This document shows, in pieces, positions 27,253 through 36,399 of a stretch of DNA of 55,276 nucleotides. A model generated the notes under the pieces. It was not told the origin of the DNA and made no database searches. It worked only from the letters and a program-made list of their open reading frames with translations. The DNA comes from a virus. Taxonomy: Duplodnaviria; Caudoviricetes. Location of the stretch: IMG/VR virus record IMGVR_UViG_3300032322_000863, positions 1 through 55,276 of that record, one strand, 5' to 3'. A program made the translations under genes and the position numbers. Each line of letters begins with the position of its first letter. The first letter of the stretch is position 1.

Positions 27253-27398
27253 TCCTCCTCACCGCCCACATCAAGGCCCTCCGCGAGCGTATCGCGGAGG
27301 CCGAGTGGCAAGACGAGCCCGCCACCCACCTTCGGACAGAGCTTGCCATCGCCCTCCAAGCGCACGAGCGCGGAGAGGTCTGGCATGTCCCGTTTTGA
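27249..27398 (+). CDS. Small hypothetical protein (49 aa)
   Basis: GTGA overlap with the previous stop; MILLTAHIKALRERIAEAEWQDE..VPF. Confidence 0.5.
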   Translation: MILLTAHIKALRERIAEAEWQDEPATHLRTELAIALQAHERGEVWHVPF

Positions 27399-27636
27399 AC
27401 GGTACACGGACGAGACCATAGTCAGCTACATCTGCGGGGAGTGCGGCAAGCCAGCCGCCTCCCCGATTACGTTTGAATGCAAGTGGCGCTTCATCGGCTG
27501 GAACAAGTTCCGGGGCGACCTCGTGGAGCACGTCGAGACGTGGCGAGGATCCATCACCTGCCCCCACTGCAACGCCGACAACGACGCCAAATGGCCGCGC
27601 GAATATCTTGAAACTTTTTGGTGCAATAGCGATTGA
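27385..27636 (+). CDS. Zinc-ribbon protein
   Basis: CGEC and CPHC motifs; GAGG upstream. Confidence 0.55.
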   Translation: MSRFERYTDETIVSYICGECGKPAASPITFECKWRFIGWNKFRGDLVEHVETWRGSITCPHCNADNDAKWPREYLETFWCNSD

Positions 27637-27662
27637 CAAGGCGAAAAGATTTCGCCTATAGT
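27633..27662 (+). promoter_or_regulatory. Early promoter 3 with extended operator palindrome
   Basis: TTGACA-N18-TATAGT enclosing AGGCGAAA-AGA-TTTCGCCT. Confidence 0.75.
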
Positions 27663-27700
27663 CTGAACGTCAACACCGACACACACCAATGGAGCCCAAT

Positions 27701-27982
27701 ATGAACATCTCCCTCGCCGACCGCTTCGCCGCCCTCAAGTACGAGATCGACGCCCTCACCAAAGAGTTCGACAAGGTTAAGGCCGAGATCAAGGCCACTG
27801 GCCTTGAGACCATCGTTGGCGAGAGCGCCATCGTCACCGTGTGCCTGTCCGAGCGCCGCACGTTCGACGCCAAGACCGCCAAGACCTTCCTCACCGACGA
27901 GCAGGTCGAGGCCTGCACCAAGGTTCTCCTGATCGAAACCCTCCGCGACAAGCCCAAGGTCAACATCAAGGTCGTCGCCTAA
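27701..27982 (+). CDS. Early hypothetical protein
   Basis: GGAG RBS; LADRFAALK coiled coil followed by a beta region. Confidence 0.7.
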   Translation: MNISLADRFAALKYEIDALTKEFDKVKAEIKATGLETIVGESAIVTVCLSERRTFDAKTAKTFLTDEQVEACTKVLLIETLRDKPKVNIKVVA

Positions 27983-28022
27983 TTAACCCGGCGGGGTCTC
28001 GGCCCCGCCAATGGAGATTAAA

Positions 28023-28409
28023 ATGACACAACACGAAAAATACCAAGCGCTATGCTTCGAGGCCGTCATTACACTGGACAAGCTGGTCGCGGCCTTTCGG
28101 CACTTCATGCACGGCTCTCTGACCAAAAGAGCCGAAGACAATTTACTCGACGCTCTTAGATCCAACAGCGACGAGTTTGAAGATCTTAACCTTGTAATCA
28201 AACGCACGGCATCTGTGATGCAAGACATTTACTATGACTTGACCGGAGACACATCGACACTCCAGTCGATCAAGAAAAAAGTCGAGGAATTAAATTCAAT
28301 TCTGCACATTGGCCGGTCACATCCCGACGGGGCTTTTCGCCGAATTGAGATGATCAAGACCGCATTTGACGAACAGGCTCTCCGAAAGAAAAAGAAAGCG
28401 GAGGCTTGA
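28023..28409 (+). CDS. Hypothetical helical protein
   Basis: ATGGAGATTA RBS; lower GC. Confidence 0.65.
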   Translation: MTQHEKYQALCFEAVITLDKLVAAFRHFMHGSLTKRAEDNLLDALRSNSDEFEDLNLVIKRTASVMQDIYYDLTGDTSTLQSIKKKVEELNSILHIGRSHPDGAFRRIEMIKTAFDEQALRKKKKAEA

Positions 28410-28412
28410 CCA

Positions 28413-28637
28413 ATGACCAGCCTCCACATCTCCGGCCACCACCGCGACTACAGCTACCACGTCCGCCACACCATGGGCGACGAGCGCGCCGACGTGGACA
28501 TCTACCACCCCGATAACATCCAACACTACAGCTTTGAGCTTGCGGTCATCTCACGCTCCCCCGGCACCCTTCCAGAGGCGCTCAGGGAGACCGTACGCTG
28601 CTGGATAGACGGGATCTACAACAGACTAGGCCTCTAA
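28413..28637 (+). CDS. Hypothetical protein
   Basis: GGAGG RBS; 74 aa. Confidence 0.6.
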   Translation: MTSLHISGHHRDYSYHVRHTMGDERADVDIYHPDNIQHYSFELAVISRSPGTLPEALRETVRCWIDGIYNRLGL

Positions 28638-28699
28638 CCACCAAGGCCGCCAGCGACCTTCCTAGGGCCTCTGGCGGCCATTTCACAAGGACACCACCC

Positions 28700-28909
28700 A
28701 TGAGCCCCGACGAACTCCAGACCGCCCTCCTGCGCCACGGCCTGTTCCAGAGCGACCTAGCCAAGATCTGCGGAGTGACCACCAAGACCATCCAGAACTG
28801 GCTCCGGGGCAGGCAGGACATCCCCCGCCCCGTCGCCCTGATCATCATGGCCCTAGACGAGGGCGCCCTGTCCCTGCGCTGGCTGGCCCAGCACATTGAC
28901 CGCGCGTGA
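28700..28909 (+). CDS. Cro/C1-type (XRE) HTH regulator
   Basis: LFQSDLAKICGVTTKTIQNWLRG..IPRPV. Confidence 0.85.
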   Translation: MSPDELQTALLRHGLFQSDLAKICGVTTKTIQNWLRGRQDIPRPVALIIMALDEGALSLRWLAQHIDRA

Positions 28910-29233
28910 CGCCGCCGAAACCATTGGGCCTGCGTGCTCTGAATATATTCCCATCATGACCTCGCAGGCCCAGTCATTGAGTTCAGTCCGAAGCTCAAGC
29001 AGTGGCGCGTCCCGGTTATATATCCTGCCCTGATTTACCCCGAGCCAATAGTTCGCCTTTGATTTTACCGACCCAAGAGAGAAGACCTTGAAGTTTACAT
29101 ATCCGTCCCCAAGGCATCTTAGGCTATAGTATATAGTCCATTTAGCGCCATCACACTCAACAAACCTCTGCGACGGAATCCACTCATCCCCATTCGGCGG
29201 CGCGCCGCAAAACTTACGCTTCTTTCGCATCAC
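28853..29233 (-). CDS. Hypothetical protein
   Basis: AGGAGG upstream of the start; KANYWLG motif; lower GC. Confidence 0.5.
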   Translation of the reverse strand: MMRKKRKFCGAPPNGDEWIPSQRFVECDGAKWTIYYSLRCLGDGYVNFKVFSLGSVKSKANYWLGVNQGRIYNRDAPLLELRTELNDWACEVMMGIYSEHAGPMVSAASRAVNVLGQPAQGQGALV

Positions 29234-29300
29234 ATCCTCCTTTTTAACAGTTATCTACTTAGTGCCCTAATCTAACTTCTGTCAACTCGACCCGCATCGT

Positions 29301-29455
29301 CCCCCGGACTGCGGACCGGACCAATCCGGACTCCCCACGTAGTGGGGTAGTCTCCGCACGGCTGGTCCGGATCGGTCCGGTCCTGTCCGGGGGAGGCGAC
29401 GCCTTGCCCCCTACCGGACTAGTCCGGAAAAGTCCGGTCCGGTCCGGTGGTCCGC
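29301..29455. repeat. CCGGAC/GTCCGG iterated inverted-repeat array, putative replication origin
   Basis: More than 10 CCGGAC/GTCCGG units in opposing orientation around CCCCAC-GTA-GTGGGG, next to an AT-rich tract and the primase 3' end. Confidence 0.65.
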
Positions 29456-31495
29456 TAGATCTTGACCACGTTTTGTAAGCATGGCCGAGGCCATAACATC
29501 ATTGATAACGATCCAGCCATGCTCATGTGCTTTGATGAAGCCCGCGTTGATCATCGACCCGATCAATTCTGTCCCTTGGCCGGGCTTCAGCATCTTCTCA
29601 ATCATGTCCTTTGTCTCGCCGTCCTCCCGCAGCTTCTGCTTGAGCCCGCCCCGGCTCAGGTAGGGCGCGTCCTCCCTTAGCTCCGCCCCGGCGTCCCACC
29701 AGATACGCTCGAATGTTTTCCTATTCGCCTCAACCTTGCTCTCCTTTTTGCTGACCTTTTGGACGCGCACTTTCTCATCCGGAACCGCCACGCAGGTCGT
29801 GGCCGGGGCCCCAAACTTGGTCTCGCCCATCTGGACGACCTCCAGCCTGAAGGGGATGTCCTCACCCTTGGACGGCAGCTCGCGCTGCTTGGTCACGCTG
29901 GCCGTCCGGTCGTCGTTTACCTCCGTCACCTCGATCTCAGTGTCGATGTGCGCCCGGATGCCCGACCATCCTCGCGCGCCGCGCGCCTGATCCTTGCCGC
30001 TGTGATGGATGATCAGCACCGCCGCGCCAGTGGCCTGCGAGAGCCGGTCGAACCGGGCCATGACCGGCCCCATGTCCTCGCCGCTGTTCTCGTTGGCCCC
30101 GGCGCTCATGCGCGCCAGCGTGTCGCCGATGATGAGCCGGACCCGCTCGCCCTTGAGGGCCTCGATGTCCTTGACCGCCGCCAGTACGTCCGTGACATCC
30201 TTCTCGCCCGAGTAGAAGTTCAGCGGGACCGGCACCATCGCGAGCCGCTTCAGGTCGCACCCGTGGAACTTCTTCAGAGCCTGCATTCGCGCCCGGATGG
30301 ATCCGGGGGCCTCGGAGGCCAGATACAGAACCAAGCCGGTATCCACGCGCCGGCCATAGCAGGGCTTGCCGGTCGCCACCGCCGTCGCCAGCGAGAGCGC
30401 AAAGAAGGTCTTGCCAGAGTTTGAGTCGCCGTACAGCACCGTAAGGCTGCACAGCGTCAGCAGGCCCTCGACAAGCTCGTCGGGCGGCTCGTAAGCGTCC
30501 CCGAGCTGGTCGCCGAAGACGACTTTGAGCTTCTCCAGCGGGTTCTCTGAGGAAGCCTGATAGAGGAGCGCCTTCAGATCATGCCCGGCCTGCACGTAAT
30601 CGTTCGCGTCGCCCGGCTCCGGCGGCATAATCACCTGAGCCCCGTATTTTGCGGAGGCCTGATCGGCATACTTCTGCCCCGTCCCGGACTTATCGTTGTC
30701 CGCCACGATCACGATTGCCTGCGTGGGGCCGAACCGCTCCCGGATCTCGCCCGTCACCGGAACCAGATTGCTGGCCGAGTACGCCACGACGCAGGGCCGC
30801 CCCGTCACCTCATGAATGGTCGCCGCAGTCGCGAAGCCCTCGGCGATAAAGATGGGTCCGGGCTCGTCCGTGATCCCGACCTGCCAGTATTTTTCCTTCG
30901 TCTGGCCACTTGGGTGGTAAAGTTTTCCACCGTCGTGGGCGATGTATTGCAGACTGGAAAGTTTTCCGTCTGAGCCATACAGCGGCACGATCAAGCGCCC
31001 ATCGCCAGTGACCCGAGCCCCGTGAGGCTGGACGCCCTTGCGCGCCAGATAGGGATGATCCGGGCTTGCGGCTGATGCCTCAACCCATATATGTTCAACT
31101 GTGTTGGCGGCGGTCTCCCGGCTCTTGGCCTGTTCTGCGTCCCGAGCCGCCTTGGCCTCCGCCAACCGCCGAGCGTGCGCCATTTCCTCGACCGGCGTCA
31201 GAGTGCGCCCGATCTCCGCCCGCCAGTTGTATTCGATGCTCGCTCGCCAGCAGCCGAATTTTCCGGCAGGTATCCCGTCTGGAAAAATGACGTACCAGCC
31301 AGTCTTGTCGCCGTGGCCGCCCTGACCCTTTGTGCCCGTCCTAAATCTGTGAAGCTTGCCATCGATGTGTATGGGGTGGGGTGGCGTCAGCCCCGCCGCC
31401 TGCATTGCGTCGGCAATCTGGTGTTCGAGGGGCGCGGCCTCCTGCTTTTCCCCAAGCGTCAGCGGGCCGCCAAAAATACTAACAAGATCAGCCAT
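29411..31495 (-). CDS. Toprim primase fused to a RepA-like AAA helicase
   Basis: HPYLARKGV, IAEGFATA, IVADND, DANDY (Toprim); YGDSNSGKT, YLASE, IGDTL, IIHHSGKD, ARGWS (AAA_25-type). Confidence 0.92.
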   Translation of the reverse strand: MADLVSIFGGPLTLGEKQEAAPLEHQIADAMQAAGLTPPHPIHIDGKLHRFRTGTKGQGGHGDKTGWYVIFPDGIPAGKFGCWRASIEYNWRAEIGRTLTPVEEMAHARRLAEAKAARDAEQAKSRETAANTVEHIWVEASAASPDHPYLARKGVQPHGARVTGDGRLIVPLYGSDGKLSSLQYIAHDGGKLYHPSGQTKEKYWQVGITDEPGPIFIAEGFATAATIHEVTGRPCVVAYSASNLVPVTGEIRERFGPTQAIVIVADNDKSGTGQKYADQASAKYGAQVIMPPEPGDANDYVQAGHDLKALLYQASSENPLEKLKVVFGDQLGDAYEPPDELVEGLLTLCSLTVLYGDSNSGKTFFALSLATAVATGKPCYGRRVDTGLVLYLASEAPGSIRARMQALKKFHGCDLKRLAMVPVPLNFYSGEKDVTDVLAAVKDIEALKGERVRLIIGDTLARMSAGANENSGEDMGPVMARFDRLSQATGAAVLIIHHSGKDQARGARGWSGIRAHIDTEIEVTEVNDDRTASVTKQRELPSKGEDIPFRLEVVQMGETKFGAPATTCVAVPDEKVRVQKVSKKESKVEANRKTFERIWWDAGAELREDAPYLSRGGLKQKLREDGETKDMIEKMLKPGQGTELIGSMINAGFIKAHEHGWIVINDVMASAMLTKRGQDLADHRTGPDFSGLVR

Positions 31496-31664
31496 TCAGC
31501 ATCCCCTTTGACTTAAGGTAAACCATGACTCGCATGACGGTGGAATACCTAGCCTCGCCGCCGGCTGCGATCCTGTAAAGGGTGTTCGGGTGGACGCCGG
31601 CCTCTCGCGCAACCTCCTTCAGGTTCAGCAGCTTGAGGATTGACCTTAGCTGTTCGATTTCCAT
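31488..31664 (-). CDS. Small Cro-like HTH protein (58 aa)
   Basis: Hand translation MEIEQLRSILKLLNLKEVAREAGVHPNTLYRIAAGG..YSTV; GAGG RBS; overlaps the primase start. Confidence 0.75.
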   Translation of the reverse strand: MEIEQLRSILKLLNLKEVAREAGVHPNTLYRIAAGGEARYSTVMRVMVYLKSKGMLNG

Positions 31665-31779
31665 TTTGCCGCCTCTTGTGATTTTTGTTCCAAAAGCTGT
31701 TTACACGATAACACGAATGGGGTAAAGATCACTTATCGCCGAACCGGATCAACCGACGCGGCGGTGGAGAAACAAACCG

Positions 31780-32019
31780 ATGAACAAGACCCAAACGATT
31801 AAAGCTCACAGATGGATGTACAGGCTCAAAATAGTTAAATCTCAAATAGATCAAATGCGCATGGACATCTATTTAGATTTAGAATGCAAGTCTGAAGATT
31901 ACATAGAAAGCGAAAAAGGAAAGCAAAAAAGCAAAGATTATTACGACTTAGTTGACATCGGAGTTCGCATCGATGCGGCGATCAACGGTCTCGAGAACTT
32001 AAGCCTCACCCCCACCTAA
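31780..32019 (+). CDS. Hypothetical protein (AT-rich)
   Basis: GGAG RBS; first gene of the rightward replication operon. Confidence 0.6.
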   Translation: MNKTQTIKAHRWMYRLKIVKSQIDQMRMDIYLDLECKSEDYIESEKGKQKSKDYYDLVDIGVRIDAAINGLENLSLTPT

Positions 32020-32030
32020 CGGGACGACCA

Positions 32031-32132
32031 ATGACAACATCTGACATGTTTGTGGTCTTCGGACCTGTGTGCGTGTTCGCGCTGTTTATAGCTGCGGCTT
32101 TTGAGATTGCGCGCTTCAAGGGGAACAACTGA
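32031..32132 (+). CDS. Possible 33-aa single-TM peptide
   Basis: MTTSDMFVVFGPVCVFALFIAAAFEIARFKGNN fills the gap before Sak4. Confidence 0.4.
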   Translation: MTTSDMFVVFGPVCVFALFIAAAFEIARFKGNN

Positions 32133-32133
32133 A

Positions 32134-32805
32134 ATGGCTATATCAATCAAAAGAACGCGCGACCTGACCAAGAGCGGCGTCAAGCTGCTCGTGTACGGCG
32201 CGGCAGGCGCAGGCAAGACCTCGCTTATCACCACGTTGCCTAAGCCCATCGTTCTGTCGGCGGAGGCTGGCCTGCTGTCCATTCAGGACGCTGACCTGCC
32301 ATTCATCGAGATCAACACCATCGATGACTTGCGCGAGGCGTATGTCTACGTCACCGGCGACGCCGGCGCGGAGTACGAGAGCGTGGCGCTCGACAGCATC
32401 AGCGAGATCGCCGAAGTGATCCTCAACGCCGAGAAGAAGATCGCCAAGGATCCGAGGCAGGCTTACGGCGCGATGCAGGAGCAGGTTTCCGACCTGATCC
32501 GCGCATTTCGCGACCTCCCCGGCAAGCACGTCTACATGAGCGCGAAGCTGGAGAAGTCGCAGGACGAGATGGGCCGCATGCTCTATGCGCCGTCTATGCC
32601 CGGCAACAAGGTCGGCCAGTCGCTGCCCTACTTCTTTGATGAGGTTCTGGCGCTTCGCGTCGAGCGTGACGCCGAGGGCAACACCCAGCGCGCTCTGATG
32701 TGCGACACAGACGGCCTGTGGGCGGCCAAGGATCGCTCCGGCAAGCTTGCGCCGTGGGAGGCTCCGGACCTCGGGGCGGTCATCGAAAAGATTGGGGGTC
32801 GGTGA
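32134..32805 (+). CDS. Sak4-like ssDNA-annealing ATPase (AAA_24)
   Basis: LVYGAAGAGKTS, SAEAGLLS, VALDSISE, AKDRSGKL. Confidence 0.88.
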   Translation: MAISIKRTRDLTKSGVKLLVYGAAGAGKTSLITTLPKPIVLSAEAGLLSIQDADLPFIEINTIDDLREAYVYVTGDAGAEYESVALDSISEIAEVILNAEKKIAKDPRQAYGAMQEQVSDLIRAFRDLPGKHVYMSAKLEKSQDEMGRMLYAPSMPGNKVGQSLPYFFDEVLALRVERDAEGNTQRALMCDTDGLWAAKDRSGKLAPWEAPDLGAVIEKIGGR

Positions 32806-33182
32806 TGATCGCCGAACTCTCCTCTCAGTGGCTCGCCGCCAAGGAGGCCGAGCGCGAAGCTATCGAGCTTCGGCGCTCTATCGAAGACAAGATAATTGAG
32901 GAGCTTCGTATTTCCGAAACCCTTGACGGGACAGAGAATTGGACCGCCGAGGGCTACAAGCTGAAGGTCGTCGGTCGTCTCAATCGTAAGATTGACGCCG
33001 ACAAGCTGCAAGAGCTGGCCGTCGAGGCCGGCGTGTACGAGCATCTCGCGAACTTGTTTCGTTGGAAGCCGGAGATCAACGCCAAGGCGTGGGATGCGGC
33101 GGATCCAACGATCACAACACCGCTTCTGGGGGCGATTACGACGACCCCCGGACGACCCTCTTTCACCATCGCAAAGGAGTAA
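32805..33182 (+). CDS. Conserved hypothetical protein of the Sak4 module
   Basis: WLAAKEAE, LFRWKPEIN, TTPGRPSF. Confidence 0.75.
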   Translation: MIAELSSQWLAAKEAEREAIELRRSIEDKIIEELRISETLDGTENWTAEGYKLKVVGRLNRKIDADKLQELAVEAGVYEHLANLFRWKPEINAKAWDAADPTITTPLLGAITTTPGRPSFTIAKE

Positions 33183-33187
33183 TAAGC

Positions 33188-33658
33188 ATGGCCGACCTCG
33201 GAAAAACCTTCCTCGCTGACGACCTTCCGTCTGGTGGAAATTACGATTGCGTTCCGGCTGGATGGTACACGGCGACCATTCACAGTGCGGAATTGAAGCA
33301 GACGAAGGCTGGCACGGGCCAGTATATTGCCATTCGCTACGACATTACCGGCCCCTCGCACCAAGGCCGAGTCGTGTATGGCAACATCAACACCGAAAAC
33401 GCCAATCCCAAAGCGGAAGAAATTGGCCGCCAGCAGCTTCGGTCAATCATGGAGTCGATTGGCGTCCCTCGCCTGAGCAACACTGACCAGCTCATCGGCG
33501 CAAACCTGAAGATTAAGTTGAAGATCAAGAGCGATCCTCAGTACGGGGACAAGAACGAAGTGAGCGGGTTTGGGGCGGCTGGATCAAAGCCTGCTGTTTC
33601 TGCCCCCGCGCCAGCTCCGGCTGCGAAGCCGTCTTCCGCGCCCCCGTGGGCTCGCTGA
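33188..33658 (+). CDS. DUF669-family ssDNA-binding protein
   Basis: PAGWY.ATI, KAGTGQYI, YGDKNEV, C-terminal PPWAR; AAGGAG RBS. Confidence 0.85.
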   Translation: MADLGKTFLADDLPSGGNYDCVPAGWYTATIHSAELKQTKAGTGQYIAIRYDITGPSHQGRVVYGNINTENANPKAEEIGRQQLRSIMESIGVPRLSNTDQLIGANLKIKLKIKSDPQYGDKNEVSGFGAAGSKPAVSAPAPAPAAKPSSAPPWAR

Positions 33659-33667
33659 TCTAAAAGC

Positions 33668-33687
33668 GCCGGGGCTTCGGCCCCGGC
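33668..33687 (+). terminator. GC-rich hairpin after the SSB gene
   Basis: GCCGGGGC-TTCG-GCCCCGGC; lacks a plus-strand U-tract. Confidence 0.45.
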
Positions 33688-33709
33688 AACACAAGGGGAG
33701 CGTGGAAAC

Positions 33710-34261
33710 GTGAAGACTCATCTTTATAGGCATTACAATGCAAAGGGAGAGCTTCTTTATGTGGGAATTTCCCTTAGTGCAGTGAATCGCCTTGGTCAGC
33801 ACAAAGATCATTCTCACTGGTTTGAATCAATAACCCGAGTTGATATTCAGCAATTTGGTAATAGAAAAGATGCGATGGACGCAGAAACTTTGGCAATTCG
33901 CAATGAAAAGCCAAAACACAACATAAAAAAACAGCGCAAAATATCTGATGAAATAGAGGTGCGGATTAAATATGAAAAGGTTTACGCTGAACACGAAAAA
34001 AGAAATCTTACAAAAAAAATTATAGGCTTTGATGCAGTCTATACTCTTGAAGATGTTGGGGCTCTTCTCAAAACTGGCGTCTCTTCCGTAAAATTGCTCA
34101 TTCAAGAAAAAAAACTTGGATCAATAATTTTACCTCCAAAGAGGCAAGGTCTTACCGCTTATGGAAAGCCGTTTCCTCCAAGAGAAGTTGTTAGCGGATG
34201 GCAGCTTATAGATTACTTTGAAACACTGCACACGGAATCAAGGGGAGTACAAAAACCATGA
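33710..34261 (+). CDS. GIY-YIG nuclease-domain protein with C-terminal HTH-like part (possible homing endonuclease)
   Basis: HLYRHY..LLYVGIS..RL.QH, AETLAIRNEKPKHN; markedly AT-rich. Confidence 0.75.
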   Translation: MKTHLYRHYNAKGELLYVGISLSAVNRLGQHKDHSHWFESITRVDIQQFGNRKDAMDAETLAIRNEKPKHNIKKQRKISDEIEVRIKYEKVYAEHEKRNLTKKIIGFDAVYTLEDVGALLKTGVSSVKLLIQEKKLGSIILPPKRQGLTAYGKPFPPREVVSGWQLIDYFETLHTESRGVQKP

Positions 34262-34626
34262 CTGACGACCGAGACATCTGCGAGCGGCTGGAGGACACCA
34301 GCTACGACGGCGCGTTCGCCATGCGCCGCGACGCGGCCAAGCTGATACGGACGCTGCGCTACTACGCGGATCGGCTGGAGGACGATCTTCGCGTGGCTGA
34401 TCTGGAAACGGAGAGCCTGCGCAAGCACATCTCAAAGCAGCAGATCGACATCATCACGCTGGGGCAGGAGGTGGGACGGCTGCGGGAGGCGCTAACGCCT
34501 TTTGCCAAGGCTGCTGATGCTTTGGACACAGATGGGTGGGAGGGCAGCATCGAAGGCTCACTTGCGGAGATTACGGCGGATGACTGCCGCAAAGCCCGCG
34601 CGGCCCTTGAAGAGGGGAAGAAGTGA
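34258..34626 (+). CDS. Hypothetical coiled-coil protein
   Basis: DICERL..LREALTPFA..ARAAL phage family pattern; ATGA coupling. Confidence 0.65.
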   Translation: MTDDRDICERLEDTSYDGAFAMRRDAAKLIRTLRYYADRLEDDLRVADLETESLRKHISKQQIDIITLGQEVGRLREALTPFAKAADALDTDGWEGSIEGSLAEITADDCRKARAALEEGKK

Positions 34627-34835
34627 TGGAAACTGCGACTCGCCTTTGGGAGATGAGCGAAAAGATAGAGAGCCTGTCAGACGAGATCGAACGCCTGCGC
34701 AAAGCTCTGGCAACCTACGCATGTCGATGCGGCGATGGCGATTGCTACAAAGACGAGTTTGTCGCGTCATGCGGGCGCTCTGCACGCGAAGCAATTGAGG
34801 AGAAGAGTGGATGCCCGACAAATACAATCAAGTAG
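34623..34835 (+). CDS. Hypothetical protein
   Basis: DEIERLRKAL; Cys-rich tail. Confidence 0.55.
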   Translation: MMETATRLWEMSEKIESLSDEIERLRKALATYACRCGDGDCYKDEFVASCGRSAREAIEEKSGCPTNTIK

Positions 34836-35029
34836 GCGTCCACTGCCCACACTGTCACGACACGCGAAGCGGCGTGGTGATGACGCGCTCGCATGATGGA
34901 AAAACATTCCGCCGGCGCAAATGCAAGACATGTAAAAGTCTGTTCACCACAGTCGAGCAGTATGTCAGCGGAAACATGACAGCCGTTGTAAGGGGAGAAC
35001 AAGAGAATGGCTCCGATACCGCCGCCTAA
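34811..35029 (+). CDS. NrdR-N-terminal-like zinc-ribbon protein
   Basis: CPHC...VVMTR....RRRKCKTCKSLFTTVE. Confidence 0.7.
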   Translation: MPDKYNQVGVHCPHCHDTRSGVVMTRSHDGKTFRRRKCKTCKSLFTTVEQYVSGNMTAVVRGEQENGSDTAA

Positions 35030-36020
35030 GAATGACATCGTGCTGCTGATCGACAAGGCGCATGAGGACAAGCCTGATCGTCCGCGTCCGCATCTTGGCG
35101 CATCCATGCTCGGACATGCCTGTGACCGTTGGATCTGGCTGTCATTCCGTTGGGCGGCACGCGAGAAGTTCTCTGGTCGCATGCTGCGCCTGTTCCGGCG
35201 CGGGCACGCCGAGGAGGCGACGATCATGAAAGATCTCGCAATGACCGGCATCGACTTCTCCAAGCGGCAGGCGAACGTGAGCTTTGGATCGCACGTCTCC
35301 GGAAGCGCCGACGCCATCATTGAGGGTGGTGTGCCCGAGGCTCCGCAGACCCGCCACATCGCTGAGTTCAAAACGCACAACAAAAAGAGCTTCGACGCGC
35401 TGGAGAAGGAAGGCGTATTGAAGGCTAAGCCCGAACACTGGGGCCAGATGCAGATTTATATGGCGGGAACATTCATCGAGCGCGCCCTGTATGTGGCGGT
35501 TTGCAAAGATGATGATCGCTACTACACCGAGCGCGTGAAATTCGACAAAGAGGCCGCAGAAAAGTTGATCGCTCGCGGCAAGAGACTGGCGCTGTCGGAT
35601 GAAATTCCGCCGCCGATTTCAACGGATCCGACGTGGTACCAATGCCGCTTCTGCCCGGCGCACTCAATGTGCCACGAGGAACAGCCGACGCAACACGTCA
35701 ATTGCCGCACCTGCGCGCACTCGACCCCGAATGAGGACTCGACGTGGAAGTGCGAGCGCTTCGACGCTGAAGGCATCCCGTTTGAGTATCAACTGAAAGG
35801 CTGCTCCTCGCATGTCCTGCATCCGGACATGGTGCCGTGGGACGCCAAGCTGGGCGATCCTGACGAGTGGTCGGTGACCTACACCATCAACGACAAGCCG
35901 GTCGTGAATGGCGAGGGAGGCTTCGCGTCCACTGAAATCGTCGTCAACCCAGAGGGCTGCGCCAGTAGCGTGGTGAGCGAGATCAAGAGGCTGTGGCCAG
36001 ATGCGAAGGTGGTGAAGTGA
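35007..36020 (+). CDS. PD-(D/E)xK Cas4-like exonuclease
   Basis: RPHLGAS..CDR, GSADAI, AEFKT, QMQIYM, CRFC..C, CRTC. Confidence 0.85.
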   Translation: MAPIPPPKNDIVLLIDKAHEDKPDRPRPHLGASMLGHACDRWIWLSFRWAAREKFSGRMLRLFRRGHAEEATIMKDLAMTGIDFSKRQANVSFGSHVSGSADAIIEGGVPEAPQTRHIAEFKTHNKKSFDALEKEGVLKAKPEHWGQMQIYMAGTFIERALYVAVCKDDDRYYTERVKFDKEAAEKLIARGKRLALSDEIPPPISTDPTWYQCRFCPAHSMCHEEQPTQHVNCRTCAHSTPNEDSTWKCERFDAEGIPFEYQLKGCSSHVLHPDMVPWDAKLGDPDEWSVTYTINDKPVVNGEGGFASTEIVVNPEGCASSVVSEIKRLWPDAKVVK

Positions 36021-36048
36021 CTACTTAGATCCTAAAAAGGAGGTTCGG

Positions 36049-36399
36049 ATGATTGAGTTTGATGCTGAAAAATCAATGCAGAATAAAAAAGACGGGATGG
36101 AGAGAGTTGCTGCCTCCAACCTGCCTTGGATGGAGGCGGTGCGAAATCGACTGCGTGAAGTTTTAAAAGGAAGGGAAGGCGAACTTCTCACAGGGGAAGA
36201 CATTCGCGCAACTCTCACTGAGTTGGGGCTTGAGCCCAATCACCCCAACGCATGGGGATCGCTTATAAAAACCTTGATAAAAAAGAAAGTATTGATCCCG
36301 ACATCTCAATACAGGCCCATGAGAGATCCTCGAAGCCATGCTCGCTCCACTAGGATCTACATTCTAAACGCATGGAAATCGGTGGAGAGCGAACCATGA
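36049..36399 (+). CDS. Hypothetical winged-helix-like protein
   Basis: AGGAGG RBS; TGEDIR..PNHPNAWGS..RSHAR. Confidence 0.65.
   Translation: MIEFDAEKSMQNKKDGMERVAASNLPWMEAVRNRLREVLKGREGELLTGEDIRATLTELGLEPNHPNAWGSLIKTLIKKKVLIPTSQYRPMRDPRSHARSTRIYILNAWKSVESEP

Noticed and set aside
28700-31664. Lysogeny switch
   Set aside because: Only small HTH proteins; no integrase, S24-peptidase repressor or att-like context recognised.
35007-36020. CRISPR-Cas system (Cas4)
   Set aside because: A solo phage Cas4-like exonuclease in a recombination module; no array or other cas genes.
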